Below the pieces are notes generated by a model that saw only the letters and a program-made list of their open reading frames with translations, did not search any database and was not told where the DNA came from. A program made the translations under genes and the position numbers. Positions 22,826 through 30,869 of a stretch of 32,000 bases of DNA are shown here, piece after piece. The stretch is from Nevskia sp. (GTDB lineage Bacteria > Pseudomonadota > Gammaproteobacteria > Nevskiales > Nevskiaceae): assembly GCA_016779605.1 (NCBI GenBank), contig JADHNH010000031.1, positions 2,125 through 34,124 on the forward strand, written 5' to 3'. The stretch's first letter is position 1. Every line of letters starts with the position of its first letter.

Positions 22826-24214
22826 ATGCATGCAGCAGATTGGTCCGACCCGGCGCTTTGCCGCGTCGGCGGCGCCGGGCCGGAAGCACCCGCGCTGAGC
22901 GACCGGATATTCCGCGAGCTGGTCGACCGCAGCGTGGTGGGAATGGCCGTCGTCCAAGATCGGCGGTTCGTCTATGCCAATCCCCGGTTCGCCGCGGAGT
23001 TCGGCTACGGCCGCGAGGAGATCCTGCGGATCGCGCCGCGCGAGCTGGTGGCCGAGCAGGATCGCCCGCTGGTTGCCGACCTGATCGACAAGCGCCTGAG
23101 CGGCGCCATCGAACAGGCCGACTACACGTTCCGCGGCCGCTGCAAGGACGGCAGCGTGCGCGAGTTCGACGTGCACGGCACGCACATGATGCTGGACGGC
23201 AGGCCGGCCCTGATCAGCGTGGTGCTCGACGCCAGGGAACACGACGACGCCGGGCAGGCCCCTGCCGCCGGCCGCATCGAAAGCGCCGCCGTCGCCGGCG
23301 GCGAGTTCCGCGGCGCGATCTTCCGTCATCTGGTGGAGCAGAGCCTGGTCGGCATTGCCATCATCCAGGACGGGCGGTTCGTTTACGCCAATCCCCGGTT
23401 TGCCGATATCTGCGGTTACACGGTCGACGAAATCGAGCGGCTGGGTCCGCGCGACGTCGTCGCCGACCAGGATCTCGCACTGGTCGCCGAGCAGATGCGC
23501 AAGCGCCTGAGCGGCGAGGTCGAGCAGTCCAATTACACGTTCCACGCAAGGCGCAAGGACGGCGCGGTGCGCGTTCTCGAAGTGCACGGGTCGCGCATGA
23601 CCTTGGGCGGGCGGCCGGCGCTGGTCAGCGTCACGGTGGATGTCACCGAACGCGTGCGCACCGAGCAGGAGCTCAGGGCGCTGCAGGTGCGGCTGCAGAA
23701 CCTGGCGATCCACGACCCGCTGACCGGCCTGTACAACCGGCTGTACCTGGACGACGCGCTGGAGCGCGAACTGCTGCGCTCGCGGCGCAGCGCACAGCCG
23801 ATCGGACTGGTCATGGCGGACTTGGATCATTTCAAGCGGATCAACGATTCGCACGGCCACCTGGCAGGCGACCGCATCTTGCGGGAAATCGCGCGGCTGC
23901 TCGCCACGCAAGCGCGCGCCAGCGATATCTGCTGCCGCTTCGGCGGCGAGGAATTCCTGCTGATCCTGCCGCAGATGAGCAAGGGCAAGGCGCTCGAGCG
24001 TGCCGAGCGCATGCGGCAAGCCGTCGCGGCCATGGAGTTCCGCGTCGGCTCGAGCGTGCTGCGGATTACCGCTTCCTTCGGCGTATCGTCGTTCCCGGAC
24101 GACGGCAGCACGGCCGATGAACTGCTGGCGACCGCCGACAATGCCCTCTATGCCGCCAAGGCGGCCGGGCGCAACCGCGTCGAAGCAGCCCAGGCCCCCG
24201 CGGCGCAGGGCTGA
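22826..24214 (+). CDS. PAS-PAS-GGDEF diguanylate cyclase with I-site
   Basis: First ATG is at 22826; the track ORF begins at GTG 22751. There are two PAS modules. The GGDEF domain has DPLTGLYNR, DLDHFKRINDSHGH and the active site GGEEF (nt 23942-23956). R-A-S-D lies five residues upstream, the RxxD inhibitory site. Confidence 0.92.
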   Translation: MHAADWSDPALCRVGGAGPEAPALSDRIFRELVDRSVVGMAVVQDRRFVYANPRFAAEFGYGREEILRIAPRELVAEQDRPLVADLIDKRLSGAIEQADYTFRGRCKDGSVREFDVHGTHMMLDGRPALISVVLDAREHDDAGQAPAAGRIESAAVAGGEFRGAIFRHLVEQSLVGIAIIQDGRFVYANPRFADICGYTVDEIERLGPRDVVADQDLALVAEQMRKRLSGEVEQSNYTFHARRKDGAVRVLEVHGSRMTLGGRPALVSVTVDVTERVRTEQELRALQVRLQNLAIHDPLTGLYNRLYLDDALERELLRSRRSAQPIGLVMADLDHFKRINDSHGHLAGDRILREIARLLATQARASDICCRFGGEEFLLILPQMSKGKALERAERMRQAVAAMEFRVGSSVLRITASFGVSSFPDDGSTADELLATADNALYAAKAAGRNRVEAAQAPAAQG

Positions 24215-24261
24215 AGCCCGCCGCGTCGGCCGCCTCCGGCCCCCGCTGTGGCGCGCCTGCC

Positions 24262-25479
24262 TCAGGGCAGCAGCACGTCGGCAGCCACCCACAGGCCGCC
24301 CAGCAGGTTCGCCGCCAGCACCGCCGCACGGTGTTGCCGGCGCAGCCGCCCATGCAGCCAGGCGATTCCGCACAGGACCAGGCCGGCAATCGGCACGTAC
24401 ACCGGCGCCAGGTAGCGGTCGCCGGGAATGTCGAGGAACGTCCGATGGGTCGCCCACAGCACGAACAGCACGTACACCACCGAAAAGCCGGCCGAGGTCG
24501 CCAGCAGCTGCTCGCGCAGACCGCCCGCGCCGCTGCCGGGCGCAGCCGCCGGCAGCTTGCGCAGGTGCAGCGCCAGCGCGGCCAGCGGCACCGCCAGCAG
24601 CGCCAGGCAGGCCGCCACCGCCAGCGGATCGCCGCCATGCAGGAATACGCCCGGCACCAGCCAGTGCGACAGCGTCGCCGCCAGCCCGGAGAGCAGCGCG
24701 CCGAGCGGTTGCGGCTGCGGCACGCGGTGCCCGGCCAGGGTCCCCGACAGCGCATAGACATGCCCCAGCCACAGCAGTGACGGCAGCGCCGCAAGCGCAA
24801 TGGCGGCAAGCACGGCGCCGCGGTGCCATGTCCGGCTGCCGCCGGCGGGCAGGATCGACATCGCCACCATGACGGCCGTCATCGGCATCGCGGCGTGGCG
24901 GGTCAGCAGGCACAGGCCGTAGGCCGCGCACGCCAGCGCCAGGTCGCCCCGCTTGCCGTGCGCCGCGAACCGGCTCCAGGCCAGCAGCCACAGCAGCGAC
25001 AAGGGAATGAAGAGCGTCTCGCTCCAGACCATCGGAAAGACGAAGCGCATCGGAGCCGCGTGGGCGACCACGATCCCGGCCAGCAGCGCCAGGCCGAGGC
25101 CGCAGTGCAGCGCACGGAAGATCAGCAGCGCCGCGAACACGCTGGCCGCCAGCAGCAGGAAGTTGAGCAGTCCCAGCCAGGCTTGCGCATGCAGCGCCAC
25201 GAATGGCGCCAGCACCACCGGGTACAGCGGCGGCCACGACAGGTAGCCGGCGCCCAGGCTCCCGTGCTGCGTGAACGTCCGCGCCGCATCCAGGTAGGCC
25301 AGGGAATCGGGCGTCGTCGCCGGGGCCACGGTGGGCGCGAGGAACAGGGCGGCGACCACCAGCGAATAGGCCAGCAAGCCGAAAAGGCCGCGCGGGCCCG
25401 CTGCAGCCGCCCCGTCACCGCCCGGCACGCGCAACGCCGCGACGGCGGCCAGGAATTGTCGGATCGGGGACGTGTTCAT
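24262..25479 (-). CDS. Polytopic membrane protein, probably a GT-C-type (ArnT/PMT-like) glycosyltransferase
   Basis: 405 aa from ATG 25479 (MNTSPIRQF...). At least 10 hydrophobic helices. The first loop TTPDSLAYLDAARTFTQHGSLG resembles the D-x-x-Y-x-x-x-A loop of ArnT/PMT-type enzymes. The functional call is by pattern only. Confidence 0.6.
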   Translation of the reverse strand: MNTSPIRQFLAAVAALRVPGGDGAAAAGPRGLFGLLAYSLVVAALFLAPTVAPATTPDSLAYLDAARTFTQHGSLGAGYLSWPPLYPVVLAPFVALHAQAWLGLLNFLLLAASVFAALLIFRALHCGLGLALLAGIVVAHAAPMRFVFPMVWSETLFIPLSLLWLLAWSRFAAHGKRGDLALACAAYGLCLLTRHAAMPMTAVMVAMSILPAGGSRTWHRGAVLAAIALAALPSLLWLGHVYALSGTLAGHRVPQPQPLGALLSGLAATLSHWLVPGVFLHGGDPLAVAACLALLAVPLAALALHLRKLPAAAPGSGAGGLREQLLATSAGFSVVYVLFVLWATHRTFLDIPGDRYLAPVYVPIAGLVLCGIAWLHGRLRRQHRAAVLAANLLGGLWVAADVLLP

Positions 25480-25584
25480 GCGTGGCGGATCGGGCGCGCG
25501 ACGCACGAAGCATATTCGAACGCCGCTGCCGGCGTGGCTCCGCGCGCGGCGCGCCGCCGTGGGCCATCCGCGCCGCCGCCGCAG

Positions 25585-25604
25585 ATCATATAATCGGATA
25601 TGAT
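25585..25604. promoter_or_regulatory. Inverted repeat ATCATAT-N6-ATATGAT overlapping a perfect TATAAT hexamer, between the membrane protein gene and the BVMO gene
   Basis: Read directly: 7-bp perfect arms (25585-25591 and 25598-25604). TATAAT at 25589-25594 on the plus strand. Lies within a ~45-nt AT-rich island, 145 nt upstream of the BVMO ATG. Confidence 0.35.
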
Positions 25605-25748
25605 TTGTTACGATATTACTTAGACGGCCATCCCGCGCCGCCGCACACGGCACCGATGGGCCGGCCGGCCGCCATGCCGGAGCCGGTCCGTCGGCTCGCA
25701 GGGCAGGCGCCGCTCTCCATTGGCTTTTTGGATTTTCCAGGCTCGCAA

Positions 25749-27677
25749 ATGAACCCGTACGCCGACAAAATCCCCGCCGCCGATGCCCGCCAGTTCGCCG
25801 AAGCCGTGGCGATGGCCAACATCCCGGTCCTGTTGATGGTGCTGGTGCAGCTCACCGGCGAACTGCGCTGGCTGGAGCCGCCCTACCTTCCGCAGCGCCC
25901 GCGCGGACTGAGCGACAACGACAGCGGCGGCTTGCCGGTGGAGATCCAGGATGAAATCCGCGCGGCCGCGCTCGACGCCATCCTGGCCTGGCGCGGCGGC
26001 CGGCCGGTGGCGCTGCCGCTGCCCGAGCGCGCCTTGCGCCTGAAGATGCTGTCGGCGGCGATGGCGGAGGAGATTCCCGAAGGCTACGACTCCATCATCG
26101 AGGCCGAGCTGCCGCCGCTGCGCGCAGAAGCGCCGCGCAAGCCCGCGATTCCGCCGGGCTTCGAGGTGCTGGTCATCGGCGCCGGCGTATCCGGCCTGTG
26201 CGCGGCGGTCAACCTGCAGCGCATGGGCGTGCCGTTCACCGTGATCGAAAAGACCGGCAGCGTGGGCGGCATCTGGCGCGACAACCGCTATCCGGGCGCC
26301 GGCGTGGATACGCCCAACCACCTGTATTCGTTTTCGTTCGCGCCGTATGACTGGTCGCTGTACTTCGCCCTGCGCGACGAGCTCAAGGGCTATCTCGAGC
26401 ACGTGGCCGACAAGTTCGCGTTGCGCCCGCGCATCGAATTCAACACCACCGTCGAGGCGCTCGACTACGACGCCGCCAGCCAGCGCTGGCGCGTGCGGCT
26501 GCGCACGCCGTCCGGCGAAATCCAGACGCGCACGCCGAACGTGGTGATCAGCGCGGTGGGCATCTTCAACCCGATCAAGTTCCCCGACATCGAGGGGCTT
26601 GACCGCTTCGCCGGCCGCTGCTTCCACACCGCCGAGTGGCCCGACGACGTCGACCTCGCCGACCAGCGCGTGGCGATCGTCGGCAACGGCGCCAGCGCCA
26701 TGCAGGTCTGCCCCGAAATCCAGCACCAGGTGCAGTCGCTCAGCATTTTCCAGCGCTCGCCGCACTGGGCCGCGCCGCACGAACAGTTCCGCAAGGCGAT
26801 CCCGGAGCCGCTGCGGTTCCTGCTGCACGAGGTGCCGCTGTACCGGGCCTGGTACCGGCTGCGCCTGGGCTGGGCCTACGGCGACCGCATCCACGCCGCG
26901 CTGCAGAAAGATCCGGCGTGGCCGCACCCGGAGCGCTCGCTCAACCGCATCAACGACGGCCACCGCGCGTATTTCACGCAATACGTGGTGTCCGAGCTCG
27001 GCGACCGCCAGGACCTGCTGGACCAGGTGCTGCCCACCTATCCGCCGTTCGGCAAGCGGCTGCTGATGGACAACGGCTGGTACCGCATGCTGCGCAACGA
27101 GCGCGTGGAGCTGGTGTCCACGCCGATCGCCAGGATCGAGGCCGACCGCGTCGTCACCCAGGACGGCCGCGAATTCCCCGCCGACATCCTGATCATCGCC
27201 ACCGGCTTCGACGTGCTGCGCTTCCTCACCTGCTACGAGGCGCGCGGCCGCTCCGGCCGCAGCCTGCGCGAGGTCTGGAACGACGACGACGCCAAGGCCT
27301 ACCTCGGCACCGTCATTCCGGATTTTCCGAACTTCTTCTGCCTGTACGGCCCGAACCTGCAGCCCGGCCACGGCGGCAGCCTGATGTTCGTGGTCGAGAT
27401 GCAGATGCGCTACGTCATGGACCTCATCGGCAAGATGCTGCGCGAGGGTGCCGGCGCCGTCGAGTGCCGCCAGGACGTGCACGACGCCTTCAACGAGGAC
27501 GTCGACCGCGCGCACGCCGACATGGTGTGGACCCATCCCGGCATGCAGACCTACTACCGCAACTCGCGCGGGCGCATCGTGGTGAACTCGCCGTACCTCA
27601 ACGCCACGTTCTTCGACCTGACCCGCCAGGCCAAGCCCGAGGATTTCATCGTCGAGCCGCGCCGCACTGGTACCTGA
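25749..27677 (+). CDS. Type I Baeyer-Villiger monooxygenase (FAD/NADPH), 4-hydroxyacetophenone-monooxygenase-like with N-terminal extension
   Basis: 642 aa from ATG 25749. FAD Rossmann motif VIGAGVSG, BVMO fingerprint F-A-G-R-C-F-H-T-A-E-W-P (FxGxxxHxxxWP) and NADPH motif IVGNGASA. An N-terminal extension of ~140 aa (ANIPVLLMVLVQLTGELRWL) is as recalled for HAPMO. Confidence 0.92.
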   Translation: MNPYADKIPAADARQFAEAVAMANIPVLLMVLVQLTGELRWLEPPYLPQRPRGLSDNDSGGLPVEIQDEIRAAALDAILAWRGGRPVALPLPERALRLKMLSAAMAEEIPEGYDSIIEAELPPLRAEAPRKPAIPPGFEVLVIGAGVSGLCAAVNLQRMGVPFTVIEKTGSVGGIWRDNRYPGAGVDTPNHLYSFSFAPYDWSLYFALRDELKGYLEHVADKFALRPRIEFNTTVEALDYDAASQRWRVRLRTPSGEIQTRTPNVVISAVGIFNPIKFPDIEGLDRFAGRCFHTAEWPDDVDLADQRVAIVGNGASAMQVCPEIQHQVQSLSIFQRSPHWAAPHEQFRKAIPEPLRFLLHEVPLYRAWYRLRLGWAYGDRIHAALQKDPAWPHPERSLNRINDGHRAYFTQYVVSELGDRQDLLDQVLPTYPPFGKRLLMDNGWYRMLRNERVELVSTPIARIEADRVVTQDGREFPADILIIATGFDVLRFLTCYEARGRSGRSLREVWNDDDAKAYLGTVIPDFPNFFCLYGPNLQPGHGGSLMFVVEMQMRYVMDLIGKMLREGAGAVECRQDVHDAFNEDVDRAHADMVWTHPGMQTYYRNSRGRIVVNSPYLNATFFDLTRQAKPEDFIVEPRRTGT

Positions 27678-27744
27678 TCGTCGGCAACCGGCTCATCGAC
27701 GGGCCGGGGTTCGAGCGGCAGGCCACAGCCGCCCCCGAAGCTCG

Positions 27745-28728
27745 TCAGCGCCGTGCCCGGCGCCGGCGGCGCAGCCCCAACAGGCACGACAGCCCGGCCA
27801 GGAGGCCGGGCGCGAACGCGCCGCCGCCACCGCCGCTGCCGCCGGACATCGGGCTTAGTGGTACGTCGTTCGGGATGACCGTCATGCCCAGCAGGTTGAG
27901 ACTTTCGGTTCCGACCTTGCCCACAAGGGTCGCCACGCCGGACACCAGATCCACCGTGTACAGCTTGCCGTGGCTGCCGACGCCGGGACCGAAATCGTAG
28001 TCGAACATGTAGGCGATGCCGCTCGCCCCGGAGATGTCGAGCGGGCCGCCGCCTACGCCGGCCCCCAGGCCGGTGCCGATCGTGGTCAGTGTCGTCGGCG
28101 GCTCGATCGGGCTGGTATCGGCACCGACGCGCACCAGCGTGTGCGCCGTCTCGTCGATGGCGAACAAGCTGGTCTGGCCGGCGCTTGCAACAACCGTGTT
28201 GTGGTCGTAGGCCGTGTCGCGAACGTCCGGCGTGCTGCCCGAGCTGAAATCGCCGGTGGCCGGATAAGCCGCATCGGCTCTGCGCACGGCGACAACGTCC
28301 GGCAACTGCACGACCGCCCCGTCGATGTTCACGTCGAACACCGACACGCCGCCGATGAAGCGGCTGTTGTTGTCGAACGGATTGATGTCGATGTCGCTGA
28401 CGATGTTGCAGCGGAAGCGGTTGTTGCCGATCGGCGTGACCGCGGCCGCCGCCGTGTCCAGCCGGTAAAGCTGGCATTGGCCCGTCGCCGGTCCGCGCAC
28501 CACCGCGTAGACGGCGCGAGTGGCCGCGTTGAAGTCGATGGCCGAAAGCTGAGTGCCGTCCGGCAGGCCGGTGAGCGCACGGTCGCCGGTGATCGCGCCG
28601 GGCGCCTCGCTGTCGAAGCTGATCAGGTGGCCGTCCGCCTCGCGTATGCCCAGGATCGTTTCCGCGTGAACCTGAAACGCGAGCAGCGGACAGGCCCACA
28701 GCGTTGCAGCAACAAGATTGCGCAGCAT
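27745..28728 (-). CDS. DUF4394-domain secreted protein with a GlyGly-CTERM-like C-terminal sorting signal
   Basis: 327 aa. Signal peptide MLRNLVAATLWACPLLAFQVHA|ETI. The pattern GHLISFDSEAPGAITGDRALTGLPDGTQLSAIDFNAATRAVYAV...LYRLD is the DUF4394 pattern. The C-terminus SGGSGGGGGAFAPGLLAGLSCLLGLRRRRRARR is a Gly run, a TM helix and an Arg cluster. Confidence 0.8.
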   Translation of the reverse strand: MLRNLVAATLWACPLLAFQVHAETILGIREADGHLISFDSEAPGAITGDRALTGLPDGTQLSAIDFNAATRAVYAVVRGPATGQCQLYRLDTAAAAVTPIGNNRFRCNIVSDIDINPFDNNSRFIGGVSVFDVNIDGAVVQLPDVVAVRRADAAYPATGDFSSGSTPDVRDTAYDHNTVVASAGQTSLFAIDETAHTLVRVGADTSPIEPPTTLTTIGTGLGAGVGGGPLDISGASGIAYMFDYDFGPGVGSHGKLYTVDLVSGVATLVGKVGTESLNLLGMTVIPNDVPLSPMSGGSGGGGGAFAPGLLAGLSCLLGLRRRRRARR

Positions 28729-28788
28729 GATCCCTCCCTTCGGTTGTTGCTCTTGCGCTGCGCTCGACGCTGCAACGGATGCCGGTTG

Positions 28789-30012
28789 TCAATTCGCGCC
28801 GGGCGGATCGAACAGCCCGAGCGCCGCCTTGCCCAGGTGCTCGTAGGTCTGGTCAGTAGTCAGCGGATGGAACGGGCCGCTGCGGGCATCGCGGTACAGC
28901 CGCTCCAGGATATGGCCGCGCAGGAACGAGCCTCCGCCGACCAGCCGCATCGCGTTGTGCACCACGCGCACCGCGTTCTCGGTGGCCACCACCTTGGGCA
29001 CTTCGAGCATGCCCAGCCGCTGCACCGGCTCCCATTGCCGGTCGCGCCCTTCCATCAGCGCGCGCGCGGTGTTTTCGATGGTCGCCGCCGTGGTCTCGTT
29101 GAGCACCCGCAGCTCGCCGAGGTCGCGCTGCACGTAGCCGACCGAACGCGCCTGGACATCCCGCGCGCCCTGCACCGGTCCGCTGGATTTCTTGCGCAGG
29201 ATCGCCACCGTCTCGTCGTAGGCGCGGCATGCGAGCCCGTAATAGATGGAGGCGAAAGTCAGCGACTGCCATTCGAGGTTGGCGAACAGCCTGGTACGGA
29301 ACTCCGTGGATACCAGGTCGCCCGCCGGAACGAAGAGATTGTCGAACACCACCGTGTGGGTGCCGCTGGCGCGCATGCCCATCGCATCCCAGGTCTTCTC
29401 CACGCGGACGCCGCGCGCGCTGGCCGGGCAGATCAGCATCACCTCGCGGCCGAGACGGACAGCGGGATCGTCCGGCACCGAGCCGTCGGCGTCGGTGATG
29501 GTGACGTTGAACGTGTGATAGTCCGCCGCCAGCGACAGCGTGCCCCAGGTCTTCCTGCCGCTGACACGGAAGCCGCCCTCGACCGGCACCGCAACCGTAT
29601 CCGGCAGGCCGATGACGCCGGCACGCGCCTCGCTGTACACACCGTCGAGCAGGGCCTGTTCCTTGGCCACCTTGGTGAAGAAGCGCTGCTGATGGGCCTC
29701 GCTCCACATGCCCAGGAAGAACCCGACCACGCCGAGGTGCATGTTGAAGGCCAGCGTGCACGCGGCGTCGCCGCGGGCCAGCTCCTGCACGCAGCGCGCC
29801 GTGGTCCACAAGTCCGCCCCCAGCCCGCCGAAGCGCTTGGGCACGTTGAGCGCGGCCAGGCCGCTGCGCTTGAAGACCGGCACCAGCTCGTCGGGAAAGC
29901 TGTTGTTGGCGTCGTGCCTTGCGCCTACCCGGTCGAACTCCGCGGCCACCCGGCGCGCAGTGTCGATCGCGCGTTGGGCTTCGTCCCCGGTCATCTCGCC
30001 ATGTACCGACAT
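28789..30012 (-). CDS. Acyl-CoA dehydrogenase-fold flavoprotein (ACAD family; could be a dehydrogenase or an ACAD-type oxygenase)
   Basis: 407 aa. FGGLG, GGFRVSGRKTWGT, WDAMGMRASGTHTVVFDNLFVP and C-terminal RLYRDARSGPFHP are typical ACAD middle and C-terminal domain blocks. Confidence 0.9.
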   Translation of the reverse strand: MSVHGEMTGDEAQRAIDTARRVAAEFDRVGARHDANNSFPDELVPVFKRSGLAALNVPKRFGGLGADLWTTARCVQELARGDAACTLAFNMHLGVVGFFLGMWSEAHQQRFFTKVAKEQALLDGVYSEARAGVIGLPDTVAVPVEGGFRVSGRKTWGTLSLAADYHTFNVTITDADGSVPDDPAVRLGREVMLICPASARGVRVEKTWDAMGMRASGTHTVVFDNLFVPAGDLVSTEFRTRLFANLEWQSLTFASIYYGLACRAYDETVAILRKKSSGPVQGARDVQARSVGYVQRDLGELRVLNETTAATIENTARALMEGRDRQWEPVQRLGMLEVPKVVATENAVRVVHNAMRLVGGGSFLRGHILERLYRDARSGPFHPLTTDQTYEHLGKAALGLFDPPGAN

Positions 30013-30187
30013 CGCGTCCTCCGCGCTTCGGAAATCGTTCGTTTTTTTGCCGGCTTATTTTGACGGCAACCTGTTCCGGCGACAGCCTAGCACGCGCATC
30101 CGGGAGCGCGAGCGGGGATCGCAGGCTTGACCACGCAAGCCGGATTTTGAGCTAAGCTGAAACGGCACAGGCCCAGGAGATCCAATC

Positions 30188-30445
30188 ATGCCTCGTCAGC
30201 TAACCAATGAAGCGGAGTTGCTGAACCTGCTGCGCGCCAAGGCCGAGAATTTCTACGAACCGCGGATCGGCCGGCGCGCGTCCGCCTACATGCCCAAGTC
30301 GCTGCGCGCTTTCCCCGATGCCGGCGACCACGAATGCAACTGGGACCTGGGCGGCCTCGAAGGCGTACCGCCGGCCATCGCCAACTTCCTCCGGGACGAA
30401 GCCGGCAGGCTGCAGCAAGCGCACAACGTTCGCGTCAAGCACTGA
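30188..30445 (+). CDS. Hypothetical small protein (85 aa)
   Basis: ATG is preceded by AGGAG at a 7-nt spacing. The composition is non-repetitive (MPRQLTNEAELLNLLRAKAENFYEPRIG...), unlike neighbouring junk ORFs. No family recognised. Confidence 0.5.
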   Translation: MPRQLTNEAELLNLLRAKAENFYEPRIGRRASAYMPKSLRAFPDAGDHECNWDLGGLEGVPPAIANFLRDEAGRLQQAHNVRVKH

Positions 30446-30869
30446 GCGGGATCGCCGCGGCAGGTGCTGATCCTGCTGTGATCCGCCTCCGCGCGGATGC
30501 GGGCGCGCCGCACGAGCGAAGGCGCGGCGTCCGCGATACGTGTCACCAAATGATCAGAACTTGGCACGTGCGCGGCTTCAAACCGGGCATTGCCGGGCCT
30601 AAGCTTGCGCCTGAGCAATGCTGCGGTGCACTCAGCGGATTCGCCGCAACGCGCCGCGCAGACGCTCGCCTATAACGACTGTGAGGAGGCGCGTTCGCGC
30701 GCATGCAAGGCGGTCCGGGCTGCTGGGGCGCCATCCGGGCGTGCTCGCAGGAGCCGCCCGCATGGCACCCGGCGCAATTGCAGCGCCGCCTGCCGGCGAG
30801 TGCTGCGGCATTAGCGGGCGCGCCGGCAACCCCTCTGGCAACCGCCCAACCTGAACCCGGAGCGATCCG

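Noticed and set aside
22805-25237. 810-aa minus-strand ORF spanning the diguanylate cyclase (antisense) and the membrane protein gene (other frame)
   Set aside because: It has the same low-complexity Arg/Ala/Gly composition and crosses a convergent intergenic gap. It conflicts with two ORFs that have clear domain content.
25620-27536. 638-aa antisense ORF opposite the BVMO. Similar cases are 27970..30063 (+, 697 aa), 11563..13863 (+, 766 aa), 6335..7783 (+, 482 aa), 10332..11885 (+, 517 aa), 30543..31814 (-, 423 aa) and 44..643 (+)
   Set aside because: All are mirror-strand or shifted-frame ORFs of confidently assigned genes. They are rich in Arg, Ala, Gly, His and Gln, with no recognisable motifs. 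Long antisense ORFs are expected in high-GC DNA because stop codons are AT-rich.
30562-30577. Sigma54-like TGGCACG-N4-CGGCT upstream of the GST-like gene
   Set aside because: The spacing is right, but the -12 element lacks the conserved TT. It lies about 290 nt from the nearest start codon, and no enhancer-binding-protein gene or upstream activator sites are visible. It is kept only as a note inside the non-coding-gap finding.
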